A DNA stretch of 64,000 nucleotides from Nitrospinota bacterium (lineage in GTDB: Bacteria > UBA8248): contig JASLZZ010000034.1 in NCBI GenBank assembly GCA_030754595.1, positions 1 to 64,000 of the forward strand. Direction: 5' to 3'. The notes beneath the pieces are model-generated. The model made no database searches. It was not told the origin of the DNA and worked only from the letters and a program-made list of their open reading frames with translations. The translations under genes were made by a program, and so were the position numbers. Shown piece after piece: positions 8,702-18,165 of the stretch (the stretch's first letter is position 1; every line of letters begins with the position of its first letter).

Positions 8702-10042
8702 ATGGTGGACCTCAGCAAACAGGGAATGCCGATGGATTTCTTGCAGCGGGAGCACTACCAGTCGCCCCGCCGCGTGTTCAGCCAGACGGGCAGCGACTGG
8801 CAGCGCCGGGTCGATTTCGACCAGATGCGCAAGGATCGCCTGCAGCGCGCCAAGGACATGATGGAAAAACACGACATGGATGCCGTCATCATGTTCAAGG
8901 GCGAGAACATCCGCTACACCTGCTCGGTCTTTCAGGGCAACTGGAAGAACAATATCTTCATCCGCTACGCGGTCCTCTGTCGCGGCGCCGAGACGCCCGT
9001 ACTCTTCGAGACGGCGGGCTCGGACTACGAGTGCGCCCGCATCGACGCCCCTTGGCTCAAGGGCAACATCCGGCCCGCCATCACCTGGAAATGGTCCGAG
9101 ACGGCCGAGCAGATGATGGTCAACCGCATGGTCGATTCGGTCATCGACGTTCTAAAGGAGGGCGGCGTCGATCTGAACGGCCGAATCGGCATCGACATCA
9201 TGGATTTCCAGGCCTACAGCGCTTTCACCGAAAAGGGCGTGAACCTGGTCAACGCCTGGCCGGCGATGAGCGAGGCCCGCGTCATCAAGACGCCCGAGGA
9301 GATCGAGTGCCTCAAAATCAGCTCGACCATCGGCGACACCTGTATGTGGAAAATCCGCCACGAGTGGCTCAAGCCCGGCATCCGCGAGTGCGACCTCACG
9401 GCCTGGGTGAACAACCTGCTCTACGAGGAAGGCTTCGACTTCGTTTATGACATCATCGTCGCCTCGGGCGGCAACACCAGCCCCTACCGGCGCTGGCACA
9501 CCGACAAGATGATCCGCGACGGCGACCTCGTCATCGTGGACATCAACGCCATCGGTCCAGGCGGCTACTTCGTCGACTACGTGCGCTGCTTCAAGTGCGG
9601 CGGCGACTGGACGAAGACCGAAAAAGCGCTCTACCGCGAGGTGTACGACTCGATGTACGCCGGCCTCGTCAATCTCAAGCCCGGACAGACGACCAAGGAC
9701 GTGGCTTCCCAGTTCCCCGTGTACGCCGACGACAAGTACGGCACCGTCACGCTCCAGCAGTTCGCCCACTCCATCGGCCTCGACCTTTACGAGGGCATGT
9801 GGATCAGCCGGGCCTACAGCCTCGACTACCCCGTCGAGATCAAGGAAAATATGTACTTCGCCATCGAGACCTTCGCCGGCCATCCGGGCCTGCCGCAGAC
9901 GGTTCGCCTCGAGGAGAACGTCCTCGTCGGTCCCGACGGCCCGATCATCTTCACCGGCATGCAGCACTACGACGAGTGCATCGAGGATTCGCCGTACTTC
10001 GACTTCTCGCACAAGTCTCGCGGCGAGGCGCGTTACGAGTAA
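8702..10042 (+). CDS. M24 (Xaa-Pro peptidase/creatinase/DddP-like) family metalloenzyme
   Basis: N-terminal creatinase-like domain (ENIRY), ARVIKTPEEI, and metal ligands D..D (VDINAIGPGGYFVDYVR), H (AHSIG), E (AIET), E (LEEN); RBS AAGGAGGAG. Confidence 0.85.
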   Translation: MVDLSKQGMPMDFLQREHYQSPRRVFSQTGSDWQRRVDFDQMRKDRLQRAKDMMEKHDMDAVIMFKGENIRYTCSVFQGNWKNNIFIRYAVLCRGAETPVLFETAGSDYECARIDAPWLKGNIRPAITWKWSETAEQMMVNRMVDSVIDVLKEGGVDLNGRIGIDIMDFQAYSAFTEKGVNLVNAWPAMSEARVIKTPEEIECLKISSTIGDTCMWKIRHEWLKPGIRECDLTAWVNNLLYEEGFDFVYDIIVASGGNTSPYRRWHTDKMIRDGDLVIVDINAIGPGGYFVDYVRCFKCGGDWTKTEKALYREVYDSMYAGLVNLKPGQTTKDVASQFPVYADDKYGTVTLQQFAHSIGLDLYEGMWISRAYSLDYPVEIKENMYFAIETFAGHPGLPQTVRLEENVLVGPDGPIIFTGMQHYDECIEDSPYFDFSHKSRGEARYE

Positions 10043-10126
10043 ACCGGTTATTACTTTCCCCGATGGGCGGGGCGGCCTCGGGCCGCCTCCCGCCGGGGCC
10101 TTACCTTCAAAGCAGAGGAGAGAAGG

Positions 10127-11350
10127 GTGATGAGCGAGCCCTGGAACACGGACATGTGGTTCACCAGCCCCTGGAACTTCGACAAGGAAGTCCGGGATCA
10201 GGTCAATTTCGACCCCAGCCCCAAACTGCACGACGTAACCCTGCGCGACGGCGAGCAGCAGACCGGCGTCCTCTTCAACAAGGACGAGAAAATCCGCATC
10301 GCCGAGGCGCTGGCCGAGGTGGGCATCCACCGAATCGAGGCCGGCATGCCCGTCGTCTCCAAACAGGACGAAGAGGCCATCAAGGAGATCGTCAAGCGTC
10401 TCGAGGGCTCGGACACCCAGGTGTTCAGCTTCGCGCGCTGCATGGCCGACGACGTGAAGCGCTCGGTCGACACCGGCGTCAAGGGCATCGTCATGGAAGT
10501 GCCCAGTTCGACCCATATCATCGAGCGGGCCTACAAGTGGGACCTCAACAAGGCCATCGACACCTCGATCAAGGCGACCCAGTACGCCAAGGAAAACGGC
10601 CTCTACGTCTGCTTCTTCCCGATCGACTTCTCGCGCGCCCCGCTCGAGTGGGTGCTCGACATGCTCAAGAAAGTCGCCACCGAGGGGCACATGGACGCCC
10701 TCGCCATCGTGGACACCTTCGGCGGCCTCGCGCCCCACACCGTGCCCCATCTGATCAAGAAGATGCGCGAGGTATTCCCGGACACGCCGTTCGAGCCCCA
10801 TTTCCACGACGACTACGGCATGGGCGTGGCCAACACCCTGATGGCGATGGCTGCGGGTTGCCAGGTGGCCCAGACCTCGGTCACCGGTCTCGGCGAACGC
10901 GCCGGAAACTGCGCCTACGAAGAGCTCGCCCTCGCCATGAAGACCATGTACGACGTGGACATGGGCCTCAAGACCGAAAAATTCGTCGAGACCTCGCGCC
11001 TCGTCACCGGGCTGGCGAACGTCGCCGTCCCGCCCAACCGCTGCATCGTGGGCGAAAAACTCTACGACATCGAGAGCGGCATCATCGTCAGCTGGCTCAA
11101 GAACGCGGGCGTCGATTTCCCGACCGAGCTCGTGCCCTACCGCGCGGGCCTCGTCGGCCAGACCGAGCCCAAGCCCGTCATCGGCAAGGGCAGCGGCATC
11201 GATTCTATCGTCTGGTTCCTCGAGGAGCTCGGCATCAAGGCCACCCAGGAAGAGATGATGGCCCTTCTCACCGACGTCAAGGAGCGGGCGCTCAAGGAAA
11301 ACCGCCTCCTCACCATGGACGAATTCAAGGAGCTCGCCGGGGCGGATTGA
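10127..11350 (+). CDS. DRE-TIM metallolyase (homocitrate/isopropylmalate synthase-like, no LeuA regulatory domain)
   Basis: DVTLRDGEQQ, HFHDDYG and GLGERAGNC. Confidence 0.85.
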   Translation: MMSEPWNTDMWFTSPWNFDKEVRDQVNFDPSPKLHDVTLRDGEQQTGVLFNKDEKIRIAEALAEVGIHRIEAGMPVVSKQDEEAIKEIVKRLEGSDTQVFSFARCMADDVKRSVDTGVKGIVMEVPSSTHIIERAYKWDLNKAIDTSIKATQYAKENGLYVCFFPIDFSRAPLEWVLDMLKKVATEGHMDALAIVDTFGGLAPHTVPHLIKKMREVFPDTPFEPHFHDDYGMGVANTLMAMAAGCQVAQTSVTGLGERAGNCAYEELALAMKTMYDVDMGLKTEKFVETSRLVTGLANVAVPPNRCIVGEKLYDIESGIIVSWLKNAGVDFPTELVPYRAGLVGQTEPKPVIGKGSGIDSIVWFLEELGIKATQEEMMALLTDVKERALKENRLLTMDEFKELAGAD

Positions 11351-11376
11351 CCCTGCGGAAGATCAGCGGCACACGG

Positions 11377-11412
11377 CGGGGGCGGCCCATCACGGGCCGC
11401 CCCCGTTTTTTT
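11377..11412 (+). terminator. Rho-independent terminator
   Basis: 12-bp GC stem cgggggcggccc/gggccgcccccg followed by T7. Confidence 0.85.
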
Positions 11413-11538
11413 GTGCGGAAGGGGCCGATACCCGGCGAGCGGAGGCGCCCTCCCCGCCTTGGGCTCTCCTCCGTTTGGCGGTATCATCCCTCCACAGACC
11501 CAATTCCGATTTTTGCTCGAATTCAGGAGTTTTTTGCG

Positions 11539-12573
11539 ATGAAAGCGGCACTGCTCGAAGCGCCCCATAAAATGACGGTGGGGGGCCAGCCCGACCCGGA
11601 GCTCCGGCCGGGCGAGGTCATCGTCGACGTGGCGACCTCGGCCATCTGCGGCACCGACGTTTCCATCTGGGCGGGGAAGATGCCCGCCAATATTCCCGTG
11701 ATCCCCGGCCACGAGTGCACCGGCACGGTCGCCCGCCTCGGCGAGGGCGTCACGCGGCTGGCGCTGGGGGATAGAGTCGTGCTCAATCCGGTGACGGCCT
11801 GCGGGGTGTGTCACTACTGCATGCGCGCGCTGACGAATCTGTGCCTGAACGGCGGGCTGCGCGGCAGAGAAGTTCCCGGAACCTTCGCCGAGCTCATCGC
11901 CGTCAAGGAGACCGAGGCCTACCGGATTCCGGACAACGTGGGCTTCGCCGCGGCGACGAATTTTGTCGGGCTCTATACGGTCGTCTACAGTCAGCGAAAG
12001 GCGCCCTACATCCCCGGCGGATCGGTGGCCGTCATCGGCCAGGGTTCGAGCGGGCTCCTCCACACTCAACTGGCGAAAGTGTCGGGCGCCTCGTTGGTCA
12101 TCGCCGTCACGCGGAGCAAGTGGAAGCTCGAAATGGCGCAAAAACTCGGGGCGGACGAAATCGTCCCCGCCGGGGAATGCGACCCGGTCGAGCGGGTGCG
12201 CGAGCTCACCGGCGGCCTCGGGGCGGACGTGGTGATCGAGACGGCGGGTACGAACCAGACCATGGTCCAGGCCTACGAGATGGTCCGGCCGGGCGGGGCG
12301 ATTCTCCAGTTCGGCATCGGGCCCGCCGAGGTCGGGGGCATCCCGGCCCAGGCGTACTATTTCAAGGATATCTCCGTCATCGGCTCGAGGGCCGGTCTCG
12401 CCGAGGATTTTGACCGCTCGATCGCCCTCGTGGCGTCGGGCCAAATAGACCTCGCGCTGATCGTCACCCATTATTTTCCGCTCGACGATATTCAGAAGGG
12501 TTTCGAGTTCATCGAGGGGGGCGGGGACGGCGGGACGCTGCGCGGGGTCGTTCGGATTGGCGAGAAGGGGTAG
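11539..12573 (+). CDS. Zn-dependent medium-chain dehydrogenase (sorbitol/threonine DH-like)
   Basis: ICGTD, GHE, CGVCHYC...NLC and GQGSSG; ATG at 11539 after AGGAG (the 992-aa ORF call is a spurious upstream extension). Confidence 0.9.
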   Translation: MKAALLEAPHKMTVGGQPDPELRPGEVIVDVATSAICGTDVSIWAGKMPANIPVIPGHECTGTVARLGEGVTRLALGDRVVLNPVTACGVCHYCMRALTNLCLNGGLRGREVPGTFAELIAVKETEAYRIPDNVGFAAATNFVGLYTVVYSQRKAPYIPGGSVAVIGQGSSGLLHTQLAKVSGASLVIAVTRSKWKLEMAQKLGADEIVPAGECDPVERVRELTGGLGADVVIETAGTNQTMVQAYEMVRPGGAILQFGIGPAEVGGIPAQAYYFKDISVIGSRAGLAEDFDRSIALVASGQIDLALIVTHYFPLDDIQKGFEFIEGGGDGGTLRGVVRIGEKG

Positions 12574-12665
12574 GGTATATATCGCGAGTCCAAATTTTTT
12601 CATCCCCACTCCCTCCGGGAGAGGGAGTAAAGGTGATTTCTCTTTTTTGATATGGGGAATTTATC

Positions 12666-13535
12666 ATGGCGTTCGAGCATCCATATATCAGAATAAAAAA
12701 CGTGGCTCCCGAGAAGATGGACGAGAGCCAGGGCTGGACCGTCTCGGAGTTCCGGGTGGTCATCAGCGAAAAAGAGGGCGCCTCCTCGACGATGTACCAT
12801 GCCACCCTCGGGCCCGGAGACCGTTTCCAGAAGCGGCGGAACGATAACTGCGACGAACAGTACTACGTGGTGAGCGGACACGGCCTCGCCGGCGCGGGCA
12901 CGGACCGGGTGGAAGTTCACCCCGGCCACTATCACCTGATCCCCAAGGGCGTGGAGCATTGGCTCGCCAACCTCAGCCGGAACGAGCCGCTCGTCGTCAT
13001 CGGGCTTTTCGACCGCGCTCCCAACATGGGGGTGGCGGGCCACGTCCACCTCGGCGATATCACCGAGGACGATCTAAATGCCCCGCGCACACTGGATTCC
13101 GCCGGCCTCGAGTATCCTCTCGTTCATCAGGACGCCGTTCCGATGGTGAAAGTATCGCGGGATGAGGGCTGGACCCAGGATTATTTCTGCGAGCCCCTCA
13201 ACCGGAGCCACGGCGCGGGCTCATGCTGGATGATGGGCTACTTCGGCCCCCACACCATCCACATGAAGCACCGCCACGATAACTGCGAGGAGATTTGCTA
13301 TATCCTCAAGGGGCACGGGCTGGCGGGCATAGGCGCCGACCGGGGGGAGCTCGCCACCGGCGACGTTCACTACATCCCGGCCGGCTGCGAGCACTGGCTC
13401 GCCAACCTAAGCGACACGGAGGACCTCGCCGCTCCCGGCTGGTACATCGGCGTCGGCGGGCTCGACGAGAGCGGGTTCAACTACATGGGACAGGTGACCG
13501 AGGAGGATCTCAAGCAGCGGACGGGCGAGATCTAG
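12666..13535 (+). CDS. Bicupin protein A
   Basis: Two cupin repeats; the second has HMKHRHDNCEEICY...EHW, the first has lost the HxH. Confidence 0.85.
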   Translation: MAFEHPYIRIKNVAPEKMDESQGWTVSEFRVVISEKEGASSTMYHATLGPGDRFQKRRNDNCDEQYYVVSGHGLAGAGTDRVEVHPGHYHLIPKGVEHWLANLSRNEPLVVIGLFDRAPNMGVAGHVHLGDITEDDLNAPRTLDSAGLEYPLVHQDAVPMVKVSRDEGWTQDYFCEPLNRSHGAGSCWMMGYFGPHTIHMKHRHDNCEEICYILKGHGLAGIGADRGELATGDVHYIPAGCEHWLANLSDTEDLAAPGWYIGVGGLDESGFNYMGQVTEEDLKQRTGEI

Positions 13536-13563
13536 ATCATTTATTCATAAAAAGGAAAACTTC

Positions 13564-14421
13564 ATGCCCCTTCAATATCCCCTGATTCACGTGGACGACG
13601 TAAGGCCCGAGAACATGAACGAAGGCGAGGGGTGGGCGATTTCGGAGTTTCGCCTTCCGATCACGAAGGCGTGCGGAAGCTCGACCTGCGTTTTTCACTC
13701 GATCTTCCGCCCCGGCTCGACTCACAAAAAACACCTCCACACGAACGCGGACGAGATCGCCGTCTACCTGAGCGGCAACGGGGTCGTCGGCCAGGGAGAC
13801 GGCCGGACCGAGGTGCGCTCGGGGCACTGCCGGCTCATGCCGGCGGGGGTCGATCATTTTTTCCACAACGAGACGAAAGAGGAAGAGGCCGTCGTCGTGG
13901 GCTTCTACATCGGCGCGGGGAGCGTCGAGGACTCGGGCTACCGGTTCGCGGGCGACGTGACCGAGGCCGATCTCGCTATGCCGCGCGAGGGTTTCGGCGA
14001 GGGCATCCTCGTTCACCTCGACGACGTGCCCAAGGAGAACATGGACGCGGGCGATGGCTGGTCGATCACCGATTTTCGAATCCCGATCGGGACCCACAAC
14101 GGCAGCTCGACAACGCTTTTCAGGGCGCGTTTCTTTCCGGGGGCCGTCCACAAAAAACACCGCCACGACAATTGCGAGGAGATCTACTACATCATCAGCG
14201 GCCACGGCCTCGCCGGAGCGGGCCCCGACCGCGTGGAAGTGCGCGGCGGCCACTTTCACTACATCCCCAAGGGCGTCGAGCACTGGCTCTACAACCTGAG
14301 CGAGACCGAGCCCGTCGAGGCGGTGGGAATATACATCGGCTCGGGGAGCGTCGCCGAATCCGGCTATGTGTACATGGGCGACGTGACCGGGGACGACATC
14401 AAGGCGAGGACGCCTCTCTAG
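13564..14421 (+). CDS. Bicupin protein B (paralog of A)
   Basis: HKKHLHTNADE...DHF and HKKHRHDNCEEIYY...EHW cupin metal motifs. Confidence 0.85.
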   Translation: MPLQYPLIHVDDVRPENMNEGEGWAISEFRLPITKACGSSTCVFHSIFRPGSTHKKHLHTNADEIAVYLSGNGVVGQGDGRTEVRSGHCRLMPAGVDHFFHNETKEEEAVVVGFYIGAGSVEDSGYRFAGDVTEADLAMPREGFGEGILVHLDDVPKENMDAGDGWSITDFRIPIGTHNGSSTTLFRARFFPGAVHKKHRHDNCEEIYYIISGHGLAGAGPDRVEVRGGHFHYIPKGVEHWLYNLSETEPVEAVGIYIGSGSVAESGYVYMGDVTGDDIKARTPL

Positions 14422-14511
14422 GGCTACACGGTAGCGTGGGGGCGGCCCCGCGTGGCTGCCCGGCAGGCCCACGGATAACGCCTGGCCGTACGAATAACGA
14501 AGGAGAAACCC

Positions 14512-15567
14512 ATGACGGCAAGCACCATGGAGGCGCTCGTCCTCCTCGGGCCGGACAAATACGAATTCAAGGAGGTTCCAGTCCCCGAGGCCGGCCCGGG
14601 CGAGGTGCGCTGCCGCGTCGGGGCCGTCGCAATCTGCGGAACCGACCTCGGCATCATGTCCGGAAAGTTCTTTCCGATGTGGCCGCCCGAGTGGCCCTTC
14701 ATCATCGGCCACGAGTGGGCAGGCACTGTCGAGGCCGTCGGCCCCGGTGTCACCGGCTTTGGGCCGGGCGACCTCGTGGCCGGAAGCTCGGCCGTGGGCT
14801 GCGGCCACTGCCGCAACTGCATGAAGGGGCGCTACAACATCTGCCTCAACTACGGAAACGTGAATTCGGGGCACCGCCAGTACGGCTTCACGGTGCACGG
14901 CGCCTACGCGCAGTACATCGCGGTGAACGCCATCTGCCTCGTCAAACTCCCGCCCGGCTCTGATCTCGCCTCGGCCTCGCTATACGACACCGCGGGCATC
15001 GCGCTCCACATCGCCAAGCAGGGCCGCATCGAGTCGGGCGACACCGTGGTCGTCATCGGCCCCGGCGCGGTCGGCTCGGTCACTTATCAGTGCGCCCGGG
15101 CGCTCGGCGCGGGGCGCGTCATCGTCGTCGGCCGGGGCAGCCGGCTCGATAAAGCGGCGGGGATGGGCTACGAGACGATCAACTTCGAGCAGACCGATGT
15201 CACGGAATTCATCAAGGAGACCACGGGCGGTGTGGGACCCGATGTCGTGCTCGAGTGCGCGGGAACGGCGCAGACCATCGTCCAGGCGGTCGAGATGATC
15301 AAAAAAGGCGGGCGCGTCGTCGTGGGGGGCATCAGCCAGGAAAAAGGGGCGTTTCCCCTCCAGCGCTTCGTCCTCGACGAAATCGAAGTCATCGGCTCCA
15401 GGGCCGCGCCGAACTGCCTGCCCGAGGTGCACGCCTTTGTCGAGAGCGGCGCGCTCGCGCTCCCCGATCTCGTCACGCATAAATTTCCGCTGAGCGAGTT
15501 CACTACGGCGGTGAAAACCTTCCGCGAACGCATCGGCGGTGCGATCAAGGTGGTCGTCGAGCCCTGA
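14512..15567 (+). CDS. Zn-dependent medium-chain dehydrogenase
   Basis: ICGTD, GHE, CGHCRNC...NIC and GPGAVG; RBS AAGGAG. Confidence 0.9.
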   Translation: MTASTMEALVLLGPDKYEFKEVPVPEAGPGEVRCRVGAVAICGTDLGIMSGKFFPMWPPEWPFIIGHEWAGTVEAVGPGVTGFGPGDLVAGSSAVGCGHCRNCMKGRYNICLNYGNVNSGHRQYGFTVHGAYAQYIAVNAICLVKLPPGSDLASASLYDTAGIALHIAKQGRIESGDTVVVIGPGAVGSVTYQCARALGAGRVIVVGRGSRLDKAAGMGYETINFEQTDVTEFIKETTGGVGPDVVLECAGTAQTIVQAVEMIKKGGRVVVGGISQEKGAFPLQRFVLDEIEVIGSRAAPNCLPEVHAFVESGALALPDLVTHKFPLSEFTTAVKTFRERIGGAIKVVVEP

Positions 15568-15612
15568 CCGGCCGTCGGTGGACAAGAGACGGGGGGATAA
15601 TAGGTTGCTGCT

Positions 15613-15979
15613 ATGGCGATGATTTTGTTCGTGGACGACGATGAGTTGCTCCACCCGCTGGTGAGGAAAGTCCTCCAGGACGCGGGGCACAATCTGGTTT
15701 TCGCGGCCGACGGGGAGCGCGCCTGCGCCCTCGCGCGGGAGCAGCCCTTCGATCTGATCTTGCTCGACTACGAAATGCCGAAGATGACGGGGATCGACGT
15801 GCTCAACCATCTCAAGATGATGAGAACCGGTCCGCCGCCCGTGATCATGCTGACCGCCCGGGGGGGATGCCGAAACCGTCCAGGCCCGCATCGGGGCCGG
15901 GGCGCGGGATTTCATCGTCAAGCCATTTAACGTGGAGGAGCTCCTGCGCCGGGTCACCCAACACCTGGGGGAAGGGTAG
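15613..15979 (+). pseudogene. Single-domain response regulator (CheY-like), +1 frameshift in a G7 run
   Basis: ILFVDDD and LLDYEMPKMTG, IMLTARG; removing one G at 15860-15866 restores DAETVQARIGAGARDFIVKPFNVEELL...GEG* (TAG 15977-15979). May be a sequencing error. Confidence 0.8.
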
Positions 15980-16160
15980 GGTTCGTCAATTGGTTGATAA
16001 TAAAGAGATTGTCCCCACCTGCCCGGATCAGGCGGGGGGCCACGCGATCCGGCTCCCTCGATTGTCTTTTTGAGTGGACGTGGTATCGTATCGGATGAAA
16101 TTGGTCTGATTATTTAAAAACGAACGGCCATTCACCGGCCATTTTCCTGGAGCCATTCCG

Positions 16161-16709
16161 ATGAAGATCACCGAGGGCGCTGTCAACAAGATCAATGAAA
16201 TCATGGACCAGCAAGGGGGCGGATTCGCCGGAATCCTTCTCAGCTTCGAGGGTGGCTACAAGCTCGACCTCGTGAAGGAGGGCGATGAGGGAAATTACGA
16301 GAAACTCGTTAACGGCGAAATCGGCGTTTTCGCGCCGGCCGAGCATTTGTCCCGCGCCGAGGCGGCCCAGATTGACTTCATCAGCGAGGGACCGACAAGC
16401 GGGTTTAAAGTCACGCGCGAGCGAGTCGGGGTGGAGGAGTCGCTCCTCCAGCAGCTCCAGGAGATCATCGACAGCGAGATTAACCCCGCCATCGCCTCGC
16501 ACGGCGGCGTTATCAATCTGCTCGACGTGGAAGGAAAGCGGGTTTTTGTCCAGATGGGCGGGGGCTGCGCCGGCTGCGGCATGGCGGACGTCACGCTCAA
16601 GTCGGGCGTTCAGGAGAGGATCCGGCAGATCGACCCCGAGCTCGAGGTGGTGGACACCACCGACCACGCCTCGGGCGATAATCCCTACTACGCCCCGACC
16701 AAGAAATAA
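16161..16709 (+). CDS. nfuA: NfuA-like Fe-S carrier (degenerate A-type domain + NifU C-terminal domain)
   Basis: MKITEGA N-terminus; INPAIASHGG, GGGCAGCGMADVTLK and TDHASGDNPYY. Confidence 0.85.
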   Translation: MKITEGAVNKINEIMDQQGGGFAGILLSFEGGYKLDLVKEGDEGNYEKLVNGEIGVFAPAEHLSRAEAAQIDFISEGPTSGFKVTRERVGVEESLLQQLQEIIDSEINPAIASHGGVINLLDVEGKRVFVQMGGGCAGCGMADVTLKSGVQERIRQIDPELEVVDTTDHASGDNPYYAPTKK

Positions 16710-16724
16710 CGAGAGCGCTTCTTG

Positions 16725-16755
16725 AAAAGGCCGGCCTTCGGGCCGGCTTTTTTTT
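16725..16755. terminator. Bidirectional rho-independent terminator
   Basis: aaaa-gccggcc-ttcg-ggccggc-T8 between convergent genes. Confidence 0.85.
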
Positions 16756-16782
16756 GATTGATGAGGCGAGTCATCTACTGAT

Positions 16783-18060
16783 TTAGATTTCGGGGTCTTC
16801 TTCGGGGTCTTTCCAGGAACCTGCCTCGGGCTCGATATGGAATTTTAGCTGTGCGTGCGCTCGGCGAAGCGCCCCCTCGGCCTCGGCGGGCGTTTCGCCG
16901 CCGGCGAAGATGAAACCGAGGTAGCGGTTGCCCTCGGGGAGGGGGACGACGAGCCCGCCCGTTTGAATGCTGATATCGATCGATCGGACCCCCGGAACCT
17001 CGAGCGCCTCCTCCATTCCCTCGACCCCGCGCAGAATGCCCCGCCCCGGAATCGGGATCATCATCACCCCCGAGGCCGCGCCCGCCCGGAAGATGGCGGG
17101 CGGCTCCCTCCCCAGCGCGCGGGCGATGATCAGCTCCTCGAGGCTCGCGCCCTCTCCGAATTCCAGCGCCCCCGAGCATTTGCCCCCGATGGTGCGGCTC
17201 GCGATGTCGATCACCCACACCCCGTCATCGTTCACCCGGACCTCCGCGTGCACCGGCCCGTCGCGCAGGCCGATGGCTTTCGCGGCGCGGTCCACGGCCC
17301 GGATGATTTCCGCCTGCGTTTTTTCGGGCAGACGCGAGGGCGTCACGTAAATCGTTTCCTCGAAAAACGGCCCCTCCATCGGGTTGGGCTTATCAAAAAT
17401 GGCGAGGACATGGAGTGCGCCGCCCGCGACGAGGCCTTCGAGCGCCGCTTCCCGGCCGGGGATGTAGTCCTCGACGAGGATTGAGCCGGCCTCGGCGCCG
17501 CCGCGCTCTTTCGTGTCGGCTTCCTCCAGGATTTTTCCGATCCGACGGTAGGCGGCGGAGAATTCCGCCTCGCTGTTCGCGCGGATGACGCCCTGGCTCC
17601 CCGCGAGGAAGGTGGGCTTGAGTACGCAGGGATATCCGAGCGAGCGGGCGATGGGCGCCGGGTCCTCCCCCGCCGCGACGAGCCGGAACCCCGGAGAGGG
17701 CAGCCCCTCCTCGTCGAGAATTTTCCTGAGCTCGTACTTGCTCCGGGTGGCCCGCGCGCCCTCGACGGTGTGCGCGGGCAGGCCGAGCGCCTGCGCCGCC
17801 ATCGCTCCGGCGATCACGGTGTCATCGTCCACCGCGATCACGGCGTCGAGGGGATGCTCCCGGGCGAAGGTCTCGATGTCCCCGGCCGCTTTTTCGGGCG
17901 CGTGAAAATCGAGGACCAACGAGCCGCCCGGAGTCAGGCCGGCGAGCGCGTCCGGCCGGTCGGTCCCCACAACGGACAGCACCCCGGCCCGCTCCGCCGC
18001 CACGAGATAGGCCGAGGCGCGGTAGGTGTTCACCGTCATCAGGAGTAGAACGCGCTTCAC
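16783..18060 (-). CDS. ATP-grasp domain protein (L-amino-acid-ligase-like)
   Basis: SKYELRKIL, YPCVLKP, GSQGVIR, LVEDYIPGRE, HAEVR and IDIASRTIGG. Confidence 0.87.
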   Translation of the reverse strand: MKRVLLLMTVNTYRASAYLVAAERAGVLSVVGTDRPDALAGLTPGGSLVLDFHAPEKAAGDIETFAREHPLDAVIAVDDDTVIAGAMAAQALGLPAHTVEGARATRSKYELRKILDEEGLPSPGFRLVAAGEDPAPIARSLGYPCVLKPTFLAGSQGVIRANSEAEFSAAYRRIGKILEEADTKERGGAEAGSILVEDYIPGREAALEGLVAGGALHVLAIFDKPNPMEGPFFEETIYVTPSRLPEKTQAEIIRAVDRAAKAIGLRDGPVHAEVRVNDDGVWVIDIASRTIGGKCSGALEFGEGASLEELIIARALGREPPAIFRAGAASGVMMIPIPGRGILRGVEGMEEALEVPGVRSIDISIQTGGLVVPLPEGNRYLGFIFAGGETPAEAEGALRRAHAQLKFHIEPEAGSWKDPEEDPEI

Positions 18061-18165
18061 ACCTTCCTCCGAAGCTCTTTGAGCATTTTCAGGGCGTTGA
18101 CGTAGACGAGGCGGGGGCGGCGCCGGTTCCGGTATTCGTCCATGCGCACCCGCTTGGCCGCGCGC

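Noticed and set aside
9152..10807. Long antisense ORFs (also 11137..12609, 13537..14898, 57979..58905, 62732..63694)
   Set aside because: They mirror well-supported sense genes; high GC3 suppresses antisense stop codons.
9595..11538. 992-aa ORF suggesting a giant fusion ending in an alcohol dehydrogenase
   Set aside because: The upstream part is an off-frame Arg/Pro-rich shadow of the M24 and DRE-TIM genes and crosses a terminator; the real gene starts at 11539 with an RBS.
8702..14421. Calling the M24 and cupin genes DMSP lyases (dddP, dddW/Q)
   Set aside because: Only fold-level similarity; no diagnostic identity can be supported, so it is kept as a hypothesis.
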